A DNA stretch of 64,000 bases from an uncultured Gammaproteobacteria bacterium (GTDB lineage: Bacteria; Patescibacteriota; Patescibacteriia; UBA1558; GWA2-36-10). This document shows, one piece after another, positions 19,499 to 30,078 of this stretch. A program made the position numbers and the translations under genes. The number at the start of each line of letters is the position of its first letter. Position 1 is the stretch's first letter. Location of the stretch: positions 2,244 through 66,243 of the forward strand of contig CAZWYP010000006.1 of NCBI GenBank assembly GCA_964638415.1, in the 5' to 3' direction. The notes under the pieces were generated by a model. It did not search any database and was not told the origin of the DNA. It saw only the letters and a program-made list of their open reading frames with translations.

Positions 19499-20521
19499 TT
19501 ATTTCTTAGCTAAAATATCTTCCACCAAACGAATATAATTGTCAACTGCGTTTTGGGGAAATAATTTCTGCAAATTCAAACCCAGCTGTTTGCGCAATTC
19601 CGAATTTGCCAATAATTTCTGCAGATACCTCTCCATTATTTTCTCCGAGCCTTGTTTCACGTAAATAGCGGCATTATGTTTGGCAAAAAATTCCGCATTA
19701 TCCTCCTGATGGCTCTGGGGTATGGGAATTAGCACCAAAGCTTTAGCTAGACTAGCCGCTTCCGTAATTAAGGAAAGACCCGCGCGGGAAATAATTATAG
19801 CTGCCCTAGATAATAACCCAGCCATATCACCAGTAGCAAAAGTCTGGCAGTAATAATTAGGCAAAGACAAAGCCTGATCCACATTATCTCTGCCGACAAT
19901 ATGGTATACGGGATAATGCTTAGTAAGCTCGGGAATTATTCCTTTCAGAAAATTATTAAAGCTTCTGGCTCCTAAACCGCCGCCGGTAATTAAGATAATT
20001 GGTTCTTCAGAGTCTGGCGGAATAATTCTCACTGGATTGCCAGTTAATACTATTTTATTACTGCTAAATAACTTTAATTGATCAGGAAAAGTTACGGTAA
20101 TTTTAGTAGCCAACTTAGCCATCAGCTTATTAGCCAGACCAACTTTAATATCCTGCTGGTGAACAACTCTGGGTATTCGGCAGAACCAAGCCGCTAAAAT
20201 CATCGGCACGGCTACAAAACTGCCAGCAGACAAAACCAACTCCGGCTTAAATTGCCTAATAATCCTCAAAGACTGGAAAAAACCAATCTTAAACCTAAAA
20301 ATATCTACTAAATTCTGCCAAGACCAGTAACGGCGTAATTTACCGGAAGCAATAGTCTCAAATTTAAAACCTAGCTTTTCCACTACCAGCCTTTCCGGAC
20401 CCTGCTGACTGCCGACAAATAAATACTCTGCCGGGTATTTAGAGGCAATGGCCAGCAAGGGACTGACTGAGCCCATAGTACCGCCTCCTACTAGAATTAT
20501 TTTTGGTTTTTTGCTAGCCAT
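19499..20521 (-). CDS. murG: Lipid II GlcNAc transferase MurG
   Basis: GGGTMG, GKLRRY, HQQD...GLANK, TGNPVR, GGGLGA, SRAG, HQEDNA; located in the dcw cluster. Confidence 0.93.
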   Translation of the reverse strand: MASKKPKIILVGGGTMGSVSPLLAIASKYPAEYLFVGSQQGPERLVVEKLGFKFETIASGKLRRYWSWQNLVDIFRFKIGFFQSLRIIRQFKPELVLSAGSFVAVPMILAAWFCRIPRVVHQQDIKVGLANKLMAKLATKITVTFPDQLKLFSSNKIVLTGNPVRIIPPDSEEPIILITGGGLGARSFNNFLKGIIPELTKHYPVYHIVGRDNVDQALSLPNYYCQTFATGDMAGLLSRAAIIISRAGLSLITEAASLAKALVLIPIPQSHQEDNAEFFAKHNAAIYVKQGSEKIMERYLQKLLANSELRKQLGLNLQKLFPQNAVDNYIRLVEDILAKK

Positions 20522-21684
20522 TAATTATTCTCCTTCACTGTATACTTAGAAATATTAGCCAAGATACCCACCGCTCCCAGAGTAATCGCTAAATTACTGC
20601 CACCTAAAGAAACAAAAGGCAGCGGCACACCGGTTAGCGGCATTAAGCCAATAATGGAAGCAATGTTAATAAAAATCTGGATAGACAACCAACTGGTAAT
20701 GCCTAGAGCAATTAATTTGCCAAAATCATCATTGGCATTCTTGGCTATTTTAAATCCTTTAACCATCAGCATGGCAAATAAGATAACAAAAGCTAAGCTG
20801 AAGATAAAGCCAATTTCTTCCGCTACCACCGCAAAAATTGAATCTCCAAAAGCTTCCGGCAGGTAATTGAATTTCTGGCGGGAGTACCCCAAGCCTAAGC
20901 CAAACCAGCCACCAGAGCCCACAGCGATTAAAGCTTGGTTAATTTGGTAATTAATTCCCTGCGGATCTATTTCCGGGTGTAGAAAAGCCGTTAAACGCTG
21001 CATGCGATACGGAGCGGCTTTAATCATCGCTAAGAAACCAACTATACCTAAACCAATAATTAAACCTAAATGACGCCAATTAGCCCCAGCCACAAAATAC
21101 ATGGCTAAAGCCGTAAAGACAATAATGCTTAAAGTGCCCAAATCCGGCTGAAGGATTAATAAAGCGGAGATTAAAAATAATATAATAATAAATGGACGGG
21201 CACCGACTTTCCACTCCTTAATGCGCCAGCCTAATTTAGACAACCAACCGGCTAAAAACAAGATAAAAGATAATTTAACAATCTCGCTGGTCTGGATGGA
21301 AAATCCCACATCAATCCAAGATTTAGCCGCGCCATAACCGGCTGACAAGCCGGGAACAAATACCAAGAGTAAAAGCAGAAAAGAGACAATTAAAAACCAT
21401 TGGTAAAACTCCAGATATTTTTTGTAATCCGTGCGTAAAGTTAAGTAGAATAAAACCAGCCCCGGCAATACTCCATTAGTTATCTGCTTGATCACAAAAA
21501 AATAAGTGCTCTGATCATGCTGGTAAAAAGCCATGGAAGCAGAAGCAGATGACAAAAACAGCAAGCCAAAAAGCAATAGCAAGCCTACTACTGACAATAG
21601 CCCTCGATCCGGCAAATGGCCGCCCTGGCCTAAGCCAAACGGCGCCCAAAACCATTCTTTAAAGCTTTTTTTTCTTCTGATCAT
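20521..21684 (-). CDS. ftsW: SEDS peptidoglycan polymerase FtsW
   Basis: Q.SEIVKL, LQPDLGT, YQ..QALIAVGSGG, LPEA..DSIFAV..EE.G, P.TGVPLPFVS.GGS. Confidence 0.93.
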   Translation of the reverse strand: MIRRKKSFKEWFWAPFGLGQGGHLPDRGLLSVVGLLLLFGLLFLSSASASMAFYQHDQSTYFFVIKQITNGVLPGLVLFYLTLRTDYKKYLEFYQWFLIVSFLLLLLVFVPGLSAGYGAAKSWIDVGFSIQTSEIVKLSFILFLAGWLSKLGWRIKEWKVGARPFIIILFLISALLILQPDLGTLSIIVFTALAMYFVAGANWRHLGLIIGLGIVGFLAMIKAAPYRMQRLTAFLHPEIDPQGINYQINQALIAVGSGGWFGLGLGYSRQKFNYLPEAFGDSIFAVVAEEIGFIFSLAFVILFAMLMVKGFKIAKNANDDFGKLIALGITSWLSIQIFINIASIIGLMPLTGVPLPFVSLGGSNLAITLGAVGILANISKYTVKENN

Positions 21685-23074
21685 TTTTTACCAATTGATT
21701 AAATTTCCGAGCGCGGTCAAATTCATTAACAAACATATTAAAGCTAGCAGCAGCTGGAGAGAATAATAATAAGTCAGCCTTAACTAAATTCTTTTTAGCC
21801 AAAGTATAAGCAGCCTTTAAACTGGAAAATCCTTTAGCTAAGTGCTTGAGTGGATACTTCACTTTATGCAAAGCCGCGATTAATTTATCACTGCCAGTAC
21901 CCTTAAGTAAAACTACATTCTTTACCTGTTCTTTAATTACTTTAGCCAAGGCTCCATAATCCAGATTTTTATCCTGCCCACCAGCCAACAATACTATCTT
22001 CTTGCCAGCCAGAGCTTTAATCGCTGCCATCGTTGCATCCGGCGTAGTAGAAGTAGAATCATTGTAAACTAAAGCCTTTCCTAATTTACCAATAAACTGC
22101 AGACGAAAATCTACGCCAGTAAAAGAATTAATTGCTTTAGCAATATTAAGATTATTTACCTTAAGCAGCTTAGCTACGCAAATTGCTGCTAAAATATTAG
22201 CTAAATTATGCTCGCCTAACAGCTTTATTTTTTTAATGTCCATTACTCTCTCTTGGCGTTTACCATCGTAAAAATAAATTTCTCCTGACTGGTAATATAT
22301 TCCTTTGACTTTCTTAAGTAGAGAAAAATAAAAAACTTTAGCTTTTGTTAATTTAGCTGCTTGGGATGACAGTTTATTATCCCAATTTAAGACAGCATAA
22401 TCTTCCTTCCCTTGATTTCTTACAATATGGTATTTAGCTTCAGCATAAGCCTGCATACTACCATAACGGTTCAGATGATCCGACATAATATTGGTAATAA
22501 CTGCTACTGCCGGGGATATTTTATACTCCCCCAAATTCTCCAGATGCCAGCTAGATAATTCCAAGACTGGCCAGCTGTTGGTCTGTAATTTATCTAGCAC
22601 GGAAAACATCGGAGTGGTAGCAATATTACCAGCTAAAACATTGCCTTTAATTGCAGTCTTTAGAATATGATGAATTAAGGTGGCGGTGGTAGACTTACCT
22701 CTAGTGCCGGTAACACCAACACTACTCCCCCTAAATAAGCCAAAAAACATCACTGCCTCATTGACAATGGGAATCTTATTTTCTCTCGCCTGTTTAAGAT
22801 ATAAGGAATTAGCCGGTACGCCGGGATTCTGTACAATTAAATCCTGTTTAACAAAATCTGCCAAAGAATGCCGGCCTAAGGTATATTTAATTTTATTACT
22901 ACCAGCTAAAGCTTTGATCTTTTTTAAAGTTGGCTCTAATTGCTTCGCCGTTTTTAAGTCAGTAATGGTTAATTGCGCACCACGCTTTAATAGCCATTTT
23001 ACTACCTGAAAAGCGCCACCATGCAAACCCAGTCCCATAATTAAAACTCTCTGTTTAGACCAAGCTTTTACCAT
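21659..23074 (-). CDS. murD: UDP-N-acetylmuramoyl-L-alanine--D-glutamate ligase
   Basis: MGLG..G, NPGVP, VTGTRGKSTT, GNI, VLELSSW, DHLNRY, NDSTSTT, GGQDK, SPAAASF. Confidence 0.93.
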   Translation of the reverse strand: MVKAWSKQRVLIMGLGLHGGAFQVVKWLLKRGAQLTITDLKTAKQLEPTLKKIKALAGSNKIKYTLGRHSLADFVKQDLIVQNPGVPANSLYLKQARENKIPIVNEAVMFFGLFRGSSVGVTGTRGKSTTATLIHHILKTAIKGNVLAGNIATTPMFSVLDKLQTNSWPVLELSSWHLENLGEYKISPAVAVITNIMSDHLNRYGSMQAYAEAKYHIVRNQGKEDYAVLNWDNKLSSQAAKLTKAKVFYFSLLKKVKGIYYQSGEIYFYDGKRQERVMDIKKIKLLGEHNLANILAAICVAKLLKVNNLNIAKAINSFTGVDFRLQFIGKLGKALVYNDSTSTTPDATMAAIKALAGKKIVLLAGGQDKNLDYGALAKVIKEQVKNVVLLKGTGSDKLIAALHKVKYPLKHLAKGFSSLKAAYTLAKKNLVKADLLLFSPAAASFNMFVNEFDRARKFNQLVKNDQKKKKL

Positions 23075-24126
23075 AAGCTCATATCAATAATAGCTACAAT
23101 TAAGCCAATCACCGCGGTGACACCGGCAATTACCCAGAAACGCATGACAATTTTAGGCTCTGACCAACCTTTGGCTTCAAAATGATGATGAATAGGCGCC
23201 GATAAAAATACTTTGCGCTTGCGAATCTTCTTGGAGAGGATTTGAATGATTACCGAACCGGATTCTATTAACAGAATAAAGCCAATAATTGGCAAAAGCA
23301 AAGGATAACCCGTCAACACTGCCACAATGCCTAAAGCTACTCCTAAAGACATAGCGCCGGTATCGCCCATAAAGAATCTGGCGGGATTAATATTAAACCA
23401 CAAGAAAGAAAGCAAGGCTCCGATGATCACCCCGCAGAAAGCCGCTAAATTATAATCTCCCTGGACAAAAGCAATGGTGCCGTAAGCACCAAAAGCCGCT
23501 AAAACTATACCGCCGGCTAAACCGTCTAAACCGTCTGTTTCATTGACAGAAAAAGCAGTAGCGACAATTACAAAAATAAAGAAAGGAATAAACCAGTAGC
23601 CTAATTCAAATACTCCCACAAACGGTATCCTAACTACATCCCATTCCAATTTAAAATAAAACCACCAAGCACCGAAAACAGCAATTAAAGCGTACATCAG
23701 CAAGCGGTGCTTAACTGTTAAGCCGCCTCCCTTACCACCGCCCTGTCGGCGAACATTAAACCAGTCATCCAGTAAGCCCACTAAAGCCGAGGCAATCAAG
23801 GCGCCTAAAGGCAGATAAGTCTCCGACCTAGTCAAAAAATTCCAGCTGGCTAAAAAAGAATCTGGCCATACCTTGTAAATCCAGAAAAAAACCAAGGCTA
23901 ATAATAAAGTGGTAAACCAAATCAATACTCCACCCATAGTCGGTGTACCGGATTTAACCTGATGGATCTTGGAAAAAATAGGCGTCAATCCGTCATTACG
24001 GACACTCTTGCCCAAACGATGCTTATATAAAAAATGCGTCCATAACGGAGTAAGCAGGGTGGCTAGTAAAAAAGCAATAGCTGTTAGCGCCAAAATTTTA
24101 ATAATAACAAAATTTTCGGTCATCAT
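23068..24126 (-). CDS. mraY: Phospho-N-acetylmuramoyl-pentapeptide transferase
   Basis: KSGTPTMGG, GLLDD, VNETDGLDGL, FMGDTG, APIHHHFE. Confidence 0.96.
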   Translation of the reverse strand: MMTENFVIIKILALTAIAFLLATLLTPLWTHFLYKHRLGKSVRNDGLTPIFSKIHQVKSGTPTMGGVLIWFTTLLLALVFFWIYKVWPDSFLASWNFLTRSETYLPLGALIASALVGLLDDWFNVRRQGGGKGGGLTVKHRLLMYALIAVFGAWWFYFKLEWDVVRIPFVGVFELGYWFIPFFIFVIVATAFSVNETDGLDGLAGGIVLAAFGAYGTIAFVQGDYNLAAFCGVIIGALLSFLWFNINPARFFMGDTGAMSLGVALGIVAVLTGYPLLLPIIGFILLIESGSVIIQILSKKIRKRKVFLSAPIHHHFEAKGWSEPKIVMRFWVIAGVTAVIGLIVAIIDMSLW

Positions 24127-24482
24127 AAATTGTAGCTAATAATATTATAAAGATAGATTAAAACCATAAAATTAATTACCGCTACGGCAGTAATGATAAA
24201 ATGGCTCCAAATAGTCTGCTTATTCCATAACCAATAAGCTAAAGCTAAATCCAATATGCTAATCACTAAGCTAATAGCTGGTAATAAATACAGCCAATAC
24301 CACGGTCCAATCGCGTCAAAACCAAAGTAAATATTATAGTGTAAAATAGATAAATCGCTTCTGACTATAGGCCGAAAAAGTAAAAGCAGCCAGCCGGCTA
24401 AAATAAATAAAACCGCCGCATTAATCAACCAAAAATTCAAACGGTCCTTGTAAAAAACCTTAATGTTCTTTATCAACAGCAT
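24123..24482 (-). CDS. Small 3-TM membrane protein heading the mraY operon
   Basis: Hydrophobic ORF with LHYNIYFG motif; ATGA overlap with mraY; TGn-TAAAAT 10 nt upstream of ATG. Confidence 0.7.
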   Translation of the reverse strand: MLLIKNIKVFYKDRLNFWLINAAVLFILAGWLLLLFRPIVRSDLSILHYNIYFGFDAIGPWYWLYLLPAISLVISILDLALAYWLWNKQTIWSHFIITAVAVINFMVLIYLYNIISYNL

Positions 24483-24576
24483 ATTTTCTCATATTTTAAC
24501 ATAAAAGATTAAAAAAATCTACTTTAATAATTAGCTTAAATATAGTATAATAAAAGCAAAATTAACCCATAAATCT

Positions 24577-25446
24577 ATGGCAGTAAAAAAGGCTATCAAG
24601 GCCAAAAAAGCCACTACTTCTAAAACCCAAGCTCTCCAGCTAGATAAATTGCTAGCAGCAGCACTTAAGGTAAAAGCTACCAGCATTCATTTAGAGCGCC
24701 ATAGCGAACAAGCCAAGGTTAGATACCGAGTAATGAATGAATTAAAATCGGGAGAGAAGATTTCTTTGGATTCCTTTCTGGCTTTAAGCCAAAAGCTTAA
24801 AGCTTTGGCTAATGTTGATCCCACCGCTAATACTCCCCAGGAAGGACGCTTTAGGGCTCGCTCCGGAGAGCAAGAATTACAGCTAGGTACTGCTTTCTGG
24901 CCAATGTATGAAGGAGAAAAGATTATTATTAAAATTCTGGACGATAAATCAGCTAAACTATCTACTTTATTGCTGACTGAGGAAGATTTCCATAAAATAT
25001 CTTCTGCGCTGCAAGATAAATCGGGCTTAATCCTACTGACAGAAATGAAATTAACAGAAAAAAACCGCCTGCTATATGCCCTACTTAATGAGCTTAATCG
25101 GGAAGCCTTGGATATCTTCACTCTAGAAGACTTTATCGAATACCCCCTGCCGGGTATTCATCAGCAGCAATTGGAAAACTTTGAAGATAATAAATTAAGT
25201 AATACTTTAGCTAAACTGCTTAGGCATGAACCGGATGTGGTGATGATTTCCAAGATTACTGGTCCGGAAACTGCCAAGCAAATAGTCAATGCTGCCGCTC
25301 ATAATATTGTTCTTACCTATTTACCAGGCCGAAACTTAGAAGAAAGCATGCATTTTCTCAAAGCCTGGGGAATTGATGATTATATTCTAGAATCTGTCTT
25401 AAAATCAATTATTACCCAAGCAGATAATAAATTTAAAATAATCTAA
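24577..25446 (+). CDS. Degenerate GspE/PilB-family secretion ATPase homologue
   Basis: ATSIHLE, VRYRV, PQEGRF, GEKIIIKIL, TLED.IEY.LPGI.Q, LLRHEPDVVM are PilB-like, but Walker A, Walker B and His box are degenerate. Confidence 0.8.
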   Translation: MAVKKAIKAKKATTSKTQALQLDKLLAAALKVKATSIHLERHSEQAKVRYRVMNELKSGEKISLDSFLALSQKLKALANVDPTANTPQEGRFRARSGEQELQLGTAFWPMYEGEKIIIKILDDKSAKLSTLLLTEEDFHKISSALQDKSGLILLTEMKLTEKNRLLYALLNELNREALDIFTLEDFIEYPLPGIHQQQLENFEDNKLSNTLAKLLRHEPDVVMISKITGPETAKQIVNAAAHNIVLTYLPGRNLEESMHFLKAWGIDDYILESVLKSIITQADNKFKII

Positions 25447-25447
25447 G

Positions 25448-25472
25448 AAAAGCCGCGGTGAACGCGGCTTTT
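25448..25472. terminator. Bidirectional intrinsic terminator
   Basis: AAAAGCCGCG-gtgaa-CGCGGCTTTT between convergent genes. Confidence 0.85.
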
Positions 25473-25693
25473 TAAACTAATTTAATTTCTTTTACTTCCG
25501 GGCACTGGCATTTTATCTCTGTTTCAATCAAGCCCCGGAAAGTAAGATCAGCAATCGGACAGTGAGCGCAAGCGCCTTTAAATTTCAAACTTAATACTCC
25601 GGAATCTTGGTTAAATTCTACCAACTCCATATCTCCTCCATCCGACTGCAAGGCCGGCCTAATCTTAGCAATAACTTGCTCTACTGCTGTCAT
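25472..25693 (-). CDS. NifU/NfuA C-terminal domain protein
   Basis: IRPALQSDGGDMELV...GACAHCP....T CxxC motif. Confidence 0.9.
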   Translation of the reverse strand: MTAVEQVIAKIRPALQSDGGDMELVEFNQDSGVLSLKFKGACAHCPIADLTFRGLIETEIKCQCPEVKEIKLV

Positions 25694-26100
25694 TGTATTT
25701 TACCAGATAAACTCTGGAAGGTTTCGTCTAATTTTTCTTTTTCTTCTTCCTTAGTCTGCCAATGTACTAAATCATCATTCAGATAACGGGGAATAACATG
25801 CCAATGCACATGATCAATTACCTGTCCGGCTGCCTTGCCATTATTTAATCCCAGATTAAAACCAGCTGCTTGTAATAATCCGGCAATCTGCGGCGCTAAA
25901 CGGTGAACAACTTTAATTAAATTAGCAGCAGACTCTGCATCCATCTCTGTAAAATTGGCAAAATGCTCTTTAGGCACTACTAAAGTATGACCCTTAGTAT
26001 TGGGAGCAATATCTAAAAAAGCCAGATAATCTTGATCTTCATATACTTTCTGGGCGGGAATTTCTCCGGCCGCTATTTTACAAAAAACGCAATCTACCAT
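25690..26100 (-). CDS. HIT family nucleotide hydrolase
   Basis: DCVFCKI, AFLDI.P...GHTLVVPK.H, AGQV..HVHWHVIPR histidine triad. Confidence 0.95.
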   Translation of the reverse strand: MVDCVFCKIAAGEIPAQKVYEDQDYLAFLDIAPNTKGHTLVVPKEHFANFTEMDAESAANLIKVVHRLAPQIAGLLQAAGFNLGLNNGKAAGQVIDHVHWHVIPRYLNDDLVHWQTKEEEKEKLDETFQSLSGKIQ

Positions 26101-26102
26101 AA

Positions 26103-27734
26103 TTATTCTTTAAATTCTATTTTAATTAATTTAAACTCTTCATTTATCTCAACTGTTTGCTGAAAAGTCAAACCACTCTCCTCTGCTTCCTGCTTAACTT
26201 CTAATAATTTATCTGCTGGCTGCGAAGTATAAAAATAAATCGGAGTCTTGTCTTTTATCTTAGCAATGCGTGGCCAAAGAGGCAAATCTCCCTGCGGCAC
26301 TACTACCCGGTAATACGGAAAAAATATCTTGTCGCTCCGTTCGGTAATAATAACCGAATGCTTAGGCGCGTAATTCTGCACCCTGACAAACTGCCGGTAA
26401 TAACTCTGTAAATTTGCAGTATTAGCAACTAGCCCATCATAAGGAGAATAATATGCTAATCTCACGGAAAAAATTCCTAGAATAATTACCAATATCAATG
26501 GCCAACTGACTGCTAAATATTTCTGTTTTAAATTGCTGAGGCCTAAAATAGCTTTAGCAACAAATGGCAAAATTAAAATATAAATCGGTAGAAAATAACG
26601 CACATAAGAAATACTAATGGTATTATATTGCTTAACCAAAGGATCAGCTAAATCCCAATTGGCGTAATAGATTAAAATAATTATACTGACTAAACTAGTA
26701 GCTATAAAATACTTAAACCAGAGAGATTGCCTGTTAAATACTTGGTCTTTCAAATACCACCAAGATAATAAAGCTAAGAGATAATACGGCCACATTAATT
26801 CTACTAAATAATGCCAGGTGTTAGATAATAACAATCTGGTCTGCCAACCAAAAGGCAAAATAATTACCTGCAGATAACCAATTAATCCTCGATGTCCTGA
26901 AGCAAACTCTGTCGGCAGGCTATTATTCTGCAGATTAAGATAGCCAAACAGCCACCATGAGCCATAAACTGCTTTATTTAAAGATAGACTGGCTAAAGCG
27001 GTAAAAATAAATAAGAGTGCAGCAATAATAATCTGCTTTTTAGTAATTAACTTATAATTAAAATACCAGAGCAGCAATAATAGAACTGCTACCCATAAAA
27101 TTTCCGTGGGCCTGACTGCTAAAGCGCAAAGTATTAGCCAACTGCCAATAATAAACCACAGATTGCTTTTCTTTTCTGCAAATAAAAACAATCCTAATAA
27201 GCCAAAGCTTAAGAGGAAAATAAATAGAATTACGGGCAGCATGGCCTCATTGGTAAAAAACAGCCAAGGCGCTAAGGGTAATAATAATAAAGCGCATAAT
27301 AAGCTTAAATCCAGATCATGCCAGATCCGGTAAAACAGCTGGTAGATAATAAAAACAGTAGCGACTGCCAGTATGGGAGTCAAGAATAAGATGCTTAGTG
27401 GCCCCAATAATTTAAAAGCTAAGCCAAAAATAAGCAGTCCTGGTAAAAAAGTCATGGGCACCAGCCAACCGTTAATCACATTAATACTGCGGGTATGTAA
27501 TAGATTATCTGTCCAGAAATTCAAATACTCTAAAGAGAAAAGGGAATTAAGGCGGCTAAATGACTCGGCAAAGAAATAATTAGCATTAGCATCAGGCCAA
27601 TTAAAAATCATCTGCTTGGTTGCTAGCCATTGCGGCAACCAGGTAGACCAAATGGTATAGGAATAAAGCCAGAAGAAAATCAGACTCAAGCCAATAACTA
27701 GAATACTATAAGTAGTTTTTTTATTGATCTGCAT
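26103..27734 (-). CDS. Polytopic membrane protein, GT-C-fold (ArnT/PMT-like) glycosyltransferase candidate
   Basis: More than 10 TM segments, first-loop acidic motif WPDANAN, RPTE, YVRYFLP, soluble C-terminal domain; lies in the GT operon. Confidence 0.65.
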   Translation of the reverse strand: MQINKKTTYSILVIGLSLIFFWLYSYTIWSTWLPQWLATKQMIFNWPDANANYFFAESFSRLNSLFSLEYLNFWTDNLLHTRSINVINGWLVPMTFLPGLLIFGLAFKLLGPLSILFLTPILAVATVFIIYQLFYRIWHDLDLSLLCALLLLPLAPWLFFTNEAMLPVILFIFLLSFGLLGLFLFAEKKSNLWFIIGSWLILCALAVRPTEILWVAVLLLLLWYFNYKLITKKQIIIAALLFIFTALASLSLNKAVYGSWWLFGYLNLQNNSLPTEFASGHRGLIGYLQVIILPFGWQTRLLLSNTWHYLVELMWPYYLLALLSWWYLKDQVFNRQSLWFKYFIATSLVSIIILIYYANWDLADPLVKQYNTISISYVRYFLPIYILILPFVAKAILGLSNLKQKYLAVSWPLILVIILGIFSVRLAYYSPYDGLVANTANLQSYYRQFVRVQNYAPKHSVIITERSDKIFFPYYRVVVPQGDLPLWPRIAKIKDKTPIYFYTSQPADKLLEVKQEAEESGLTFQQTVEINEEFKLIKIEFKE

Positions 27735-28920
27735 TGATATATTCTAAAAGCTTACCAATATAATTAGGCAATAGATAACTGCTGACGCTGTGTTGGCAAT
27801 TAGCAGACAATAAGGATAGCTTCTCCCGCTGCTGGTACAAACCGATAATCTTCTTATTCATCAACTCCCAGTTGGCGGCTGGAAAAATCCAGCCGTTTTT
27901 TCCTTCCTTTATCAGCTCCGCTGTTCCGCCAATATCGGCCGCCAAAACTGGAATTCCTAAATTCAGCACCTCATAAATCACCGTTGGTGAATTCTCATAG
28001 CATAAAGAAGGCACTACTGCCAAATCCATCTTAGCTAATAATGGCAATAACTGCTGCTGAGACAGCCAGCCGTAGAAAATAATCCGCTGGTCATCATCAG
28101 CTAATTCTTTGGCTTTAGCCAGATCCTGACCAACACCGGCAACATGCAGCCTGGCCTGCGGCAAAGATAATTTACGGAAATTGGTAATCAGTTCTAAAAC
28201 TCCCTTAGCTTTATGCACTTGCCCCAAATAAAGCAGATTTAACTCCGCAGTTGGCTTCTTATGCAAATTAATTGCTGAACGAACTGGATTGGGCAAAACT
28301 ACCTTCTGCGACTGCGGAAAAAATCCTTTTTCCTGGTAGAAATTCAAAAGATAACGGGAAGGAGAAATAATTAATTGCGGAGAAGCAAATAATTTTTTAG
28401 TAAGCTTGTCATAACCGGTTAATTTGACTAAGCGACTTTCCCAGTTATTCTCCTGTTCTTTAATTATTAAGCCGGAAGGGATAACCAGCTGCACATCATG
28501 CAAAATATGAACATGCTTAATTTTTAATTGGCGCAGCAGTAAAGGAATTAAAAAGCCAAAACCGGTTAAATTATGAGTAATAACCACCTCTGGTTTTTCT
28601 TGCAATAAAATTCTTCTGGTCTGCCAGTAAGAAAAGATATTGAAGATATCAAATAAGCGCCAGATAAAACGAATGGGAAGAGGAAATTTGTAATCATTTA
28701 AATAATAATAGATATTAGCCGGATAAATGCGCTTAACTGGAATGTCATTAACTTCACCCTCGGATATTTGCCAGGATTTAAAACCTTGGGCTGGCTTAGT
28801 AGAAATTACAAACACGTGCTGCCAAGCTTCTTTTAAGCCTTCGGCCATCATGGCGGCAACCAATTCCGCCCCTCCCCTGATTAACGGCGGGTATAAATTA
28901 GAAATTATTCCTATTTTCAT
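27721..28920 (-). CDS. GT4 family glycosyltransferase
   Basis: YPP..RGGAE, YLGQV...KGV, VPSLCYENSP.VIYE. Confidence 0.9.
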   Translation of the reverse strand: MKIGIISNLYPPLIRGGAELVAAMMAEGLKEAWQHVFVISTKPAQGFKSWQISEGEVNDIPVKRIYPANIYYYLNDYKFPLPIRFIWRLFDIFNIFSYWQTRRILLQEKPEVVITHNLTGFGFLIPLLLRQLKIKHVHILHDVQLVIPSGLIIKEQENNWESRLVKLTGYDKLTKKLFASPQLIISPSRYLLNFYQEKGFFPQSQKVVLPNPVRSAINLHKKPTAELNLLYLGQVHKAKGVLELITNFRKLSLPQARLHVAGVGQDLAKAKELADDDQRIIFYGWLSQQQLLPLLAKMDLAVVPSLCYENSPTVIYEVLNLGIPVLAADIGGTAELIKEGKNGWIFPAANWELMNKKIIGLYQQREKLSLLSANCQHSVSSYLLPNYIGKLLEYINADQ

Positions 28921-30059
28921 TTCACTACACTCTGTAAAACATTATCCAATTGGTAACCTATTTTCTCCCAGGTATATTTAGCTATTACCTTCTCCCGTCC
29001 CGCATTGCCATAAGCTTTGGCTACTCTGGGATTATCCAAAAGATATTTTAACATTAAAACTAAATTATCTACATTGCCAGGCTTAACCAATAAGCCATTC
29101 TGCTTTTTATCCACTACCGATCTGACTCCCGGTAAATCAGAAGCAATTACCGGCACATTAGTAGCCATCGCCTCCAATAAAACGATACCGAAAGCTTCCG
29201 AGCGATCAATGGAAGGTAAGACAAAAATATCAGCTAGGTTATAAAAACGGGGCAAATCGCTGTCCGATACAAAACCGGCAAAAATAACTTTTTTAGATAA
29301 GCCTAAGCTGTTTACTAAGCTTTGGTAGCTCTCTTTAAGATCACCACCACCGGCAATAACTAAGCGGATGTCATTATTATTGGATAATTTGCTCATGGCT
29401 TGAATCAGAATATTCACTCCCTTGAAATAATGGGCTTTATCTAAAGCACCGACAAATAAAATTACTTTTTTATCATAAAGATCATAGCGCTGCATTAATT
29501 CCTTATCCGGTAAGCGACGCTTGAATAGTAGATGATTAACTCCGCAGGGAATTTCCACGAACTTTTCCGGCTCTACCTGCAAACGCTCCTTAAGACTGGA
29601 CTGTCGGGCATAATCATAAGAAGTGACAATAATCTTATCGGCCCGATCCAAAATCTTAGGCAATACATGCTGAGTGTGCCAACCAAAAAACTTAGCTAAT
29701 AAGCCCGTACCTACTACATCCATATGGTAAGTGACGACCAGCTTCAAGTCCTTGAATTTATCTAAAAAGTAAATAGTTTCTGCTCCGCCAAAAAAAGGAT
29801 AATGCAGATGAATAACATCATATTTAGGTAAATGCCACCATAATTGGGGCAAAATACCGGCATTGCCGTATTTAAACCAAGGATAAAGCCGCATTACTTT
29901 AAAAGGCAATTCTTCAGTCTGACTGAATTTTTTATATAAAGGCGTAAAGACTGTCACTTCATGACCCAAAGCAGCCAAAGACCAGGAATTGTAATAAGCG
30001 ACATTGCCAATGCCTCCTTTATATGGTGGGAATGTAGATGTGACTTCCGCAATTTTCAT
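28917..30059 (-). CDS. GT4 family glycosyltransferase
   Basis: FPPYKGGI, HLHYP, FVGAL...KGV, LPS...EAFGIVLLEAM. Confidence 0.92.
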   Translation of the reverse strand: MKIAEVTSTFPPYKGGIGNVAYYNSWSLAALGHEVTVFTPLYKKFSQTEELPFKVMRLYPWFKYGNAGILPQLWWHLPKYDVIHLHYPFFGGAETIYFLDKFKDLKLVVTYHMDVVGTGLLAKFFGWHTQHVLPKILDRADKIIVTSYDYARQSSLKERLQVEPEKFVEIPCGVNHLLFKRRLPDKELMQRYDLYDKKVILFVGALDKAHYFKGVNILIQAMSKLSNNNDIRLVIAGGGDLKESYQSLVNSLGLSKKVIFAGFVSDSDLPRFYNLADIFVLPSIDRSEAFGIVLLEAMATNVPVIASDLPGVRSVVDKKQNGLLVKPGNVDNLVLMLKYLLDNPRVAKAYGNAGREKVIAKYTWEKIGYQLDNVLQSVVK

Positions 30060-30078
30060 TAAGCTAAATTTAAAATAA

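Noticed and set aside
24687-25121. 144-aa minus-strand ORF and similar short shadow ORFs across the window
   Set aside because: They lie antisense or out of frame within well-supported genes and show no recognisable motifs.
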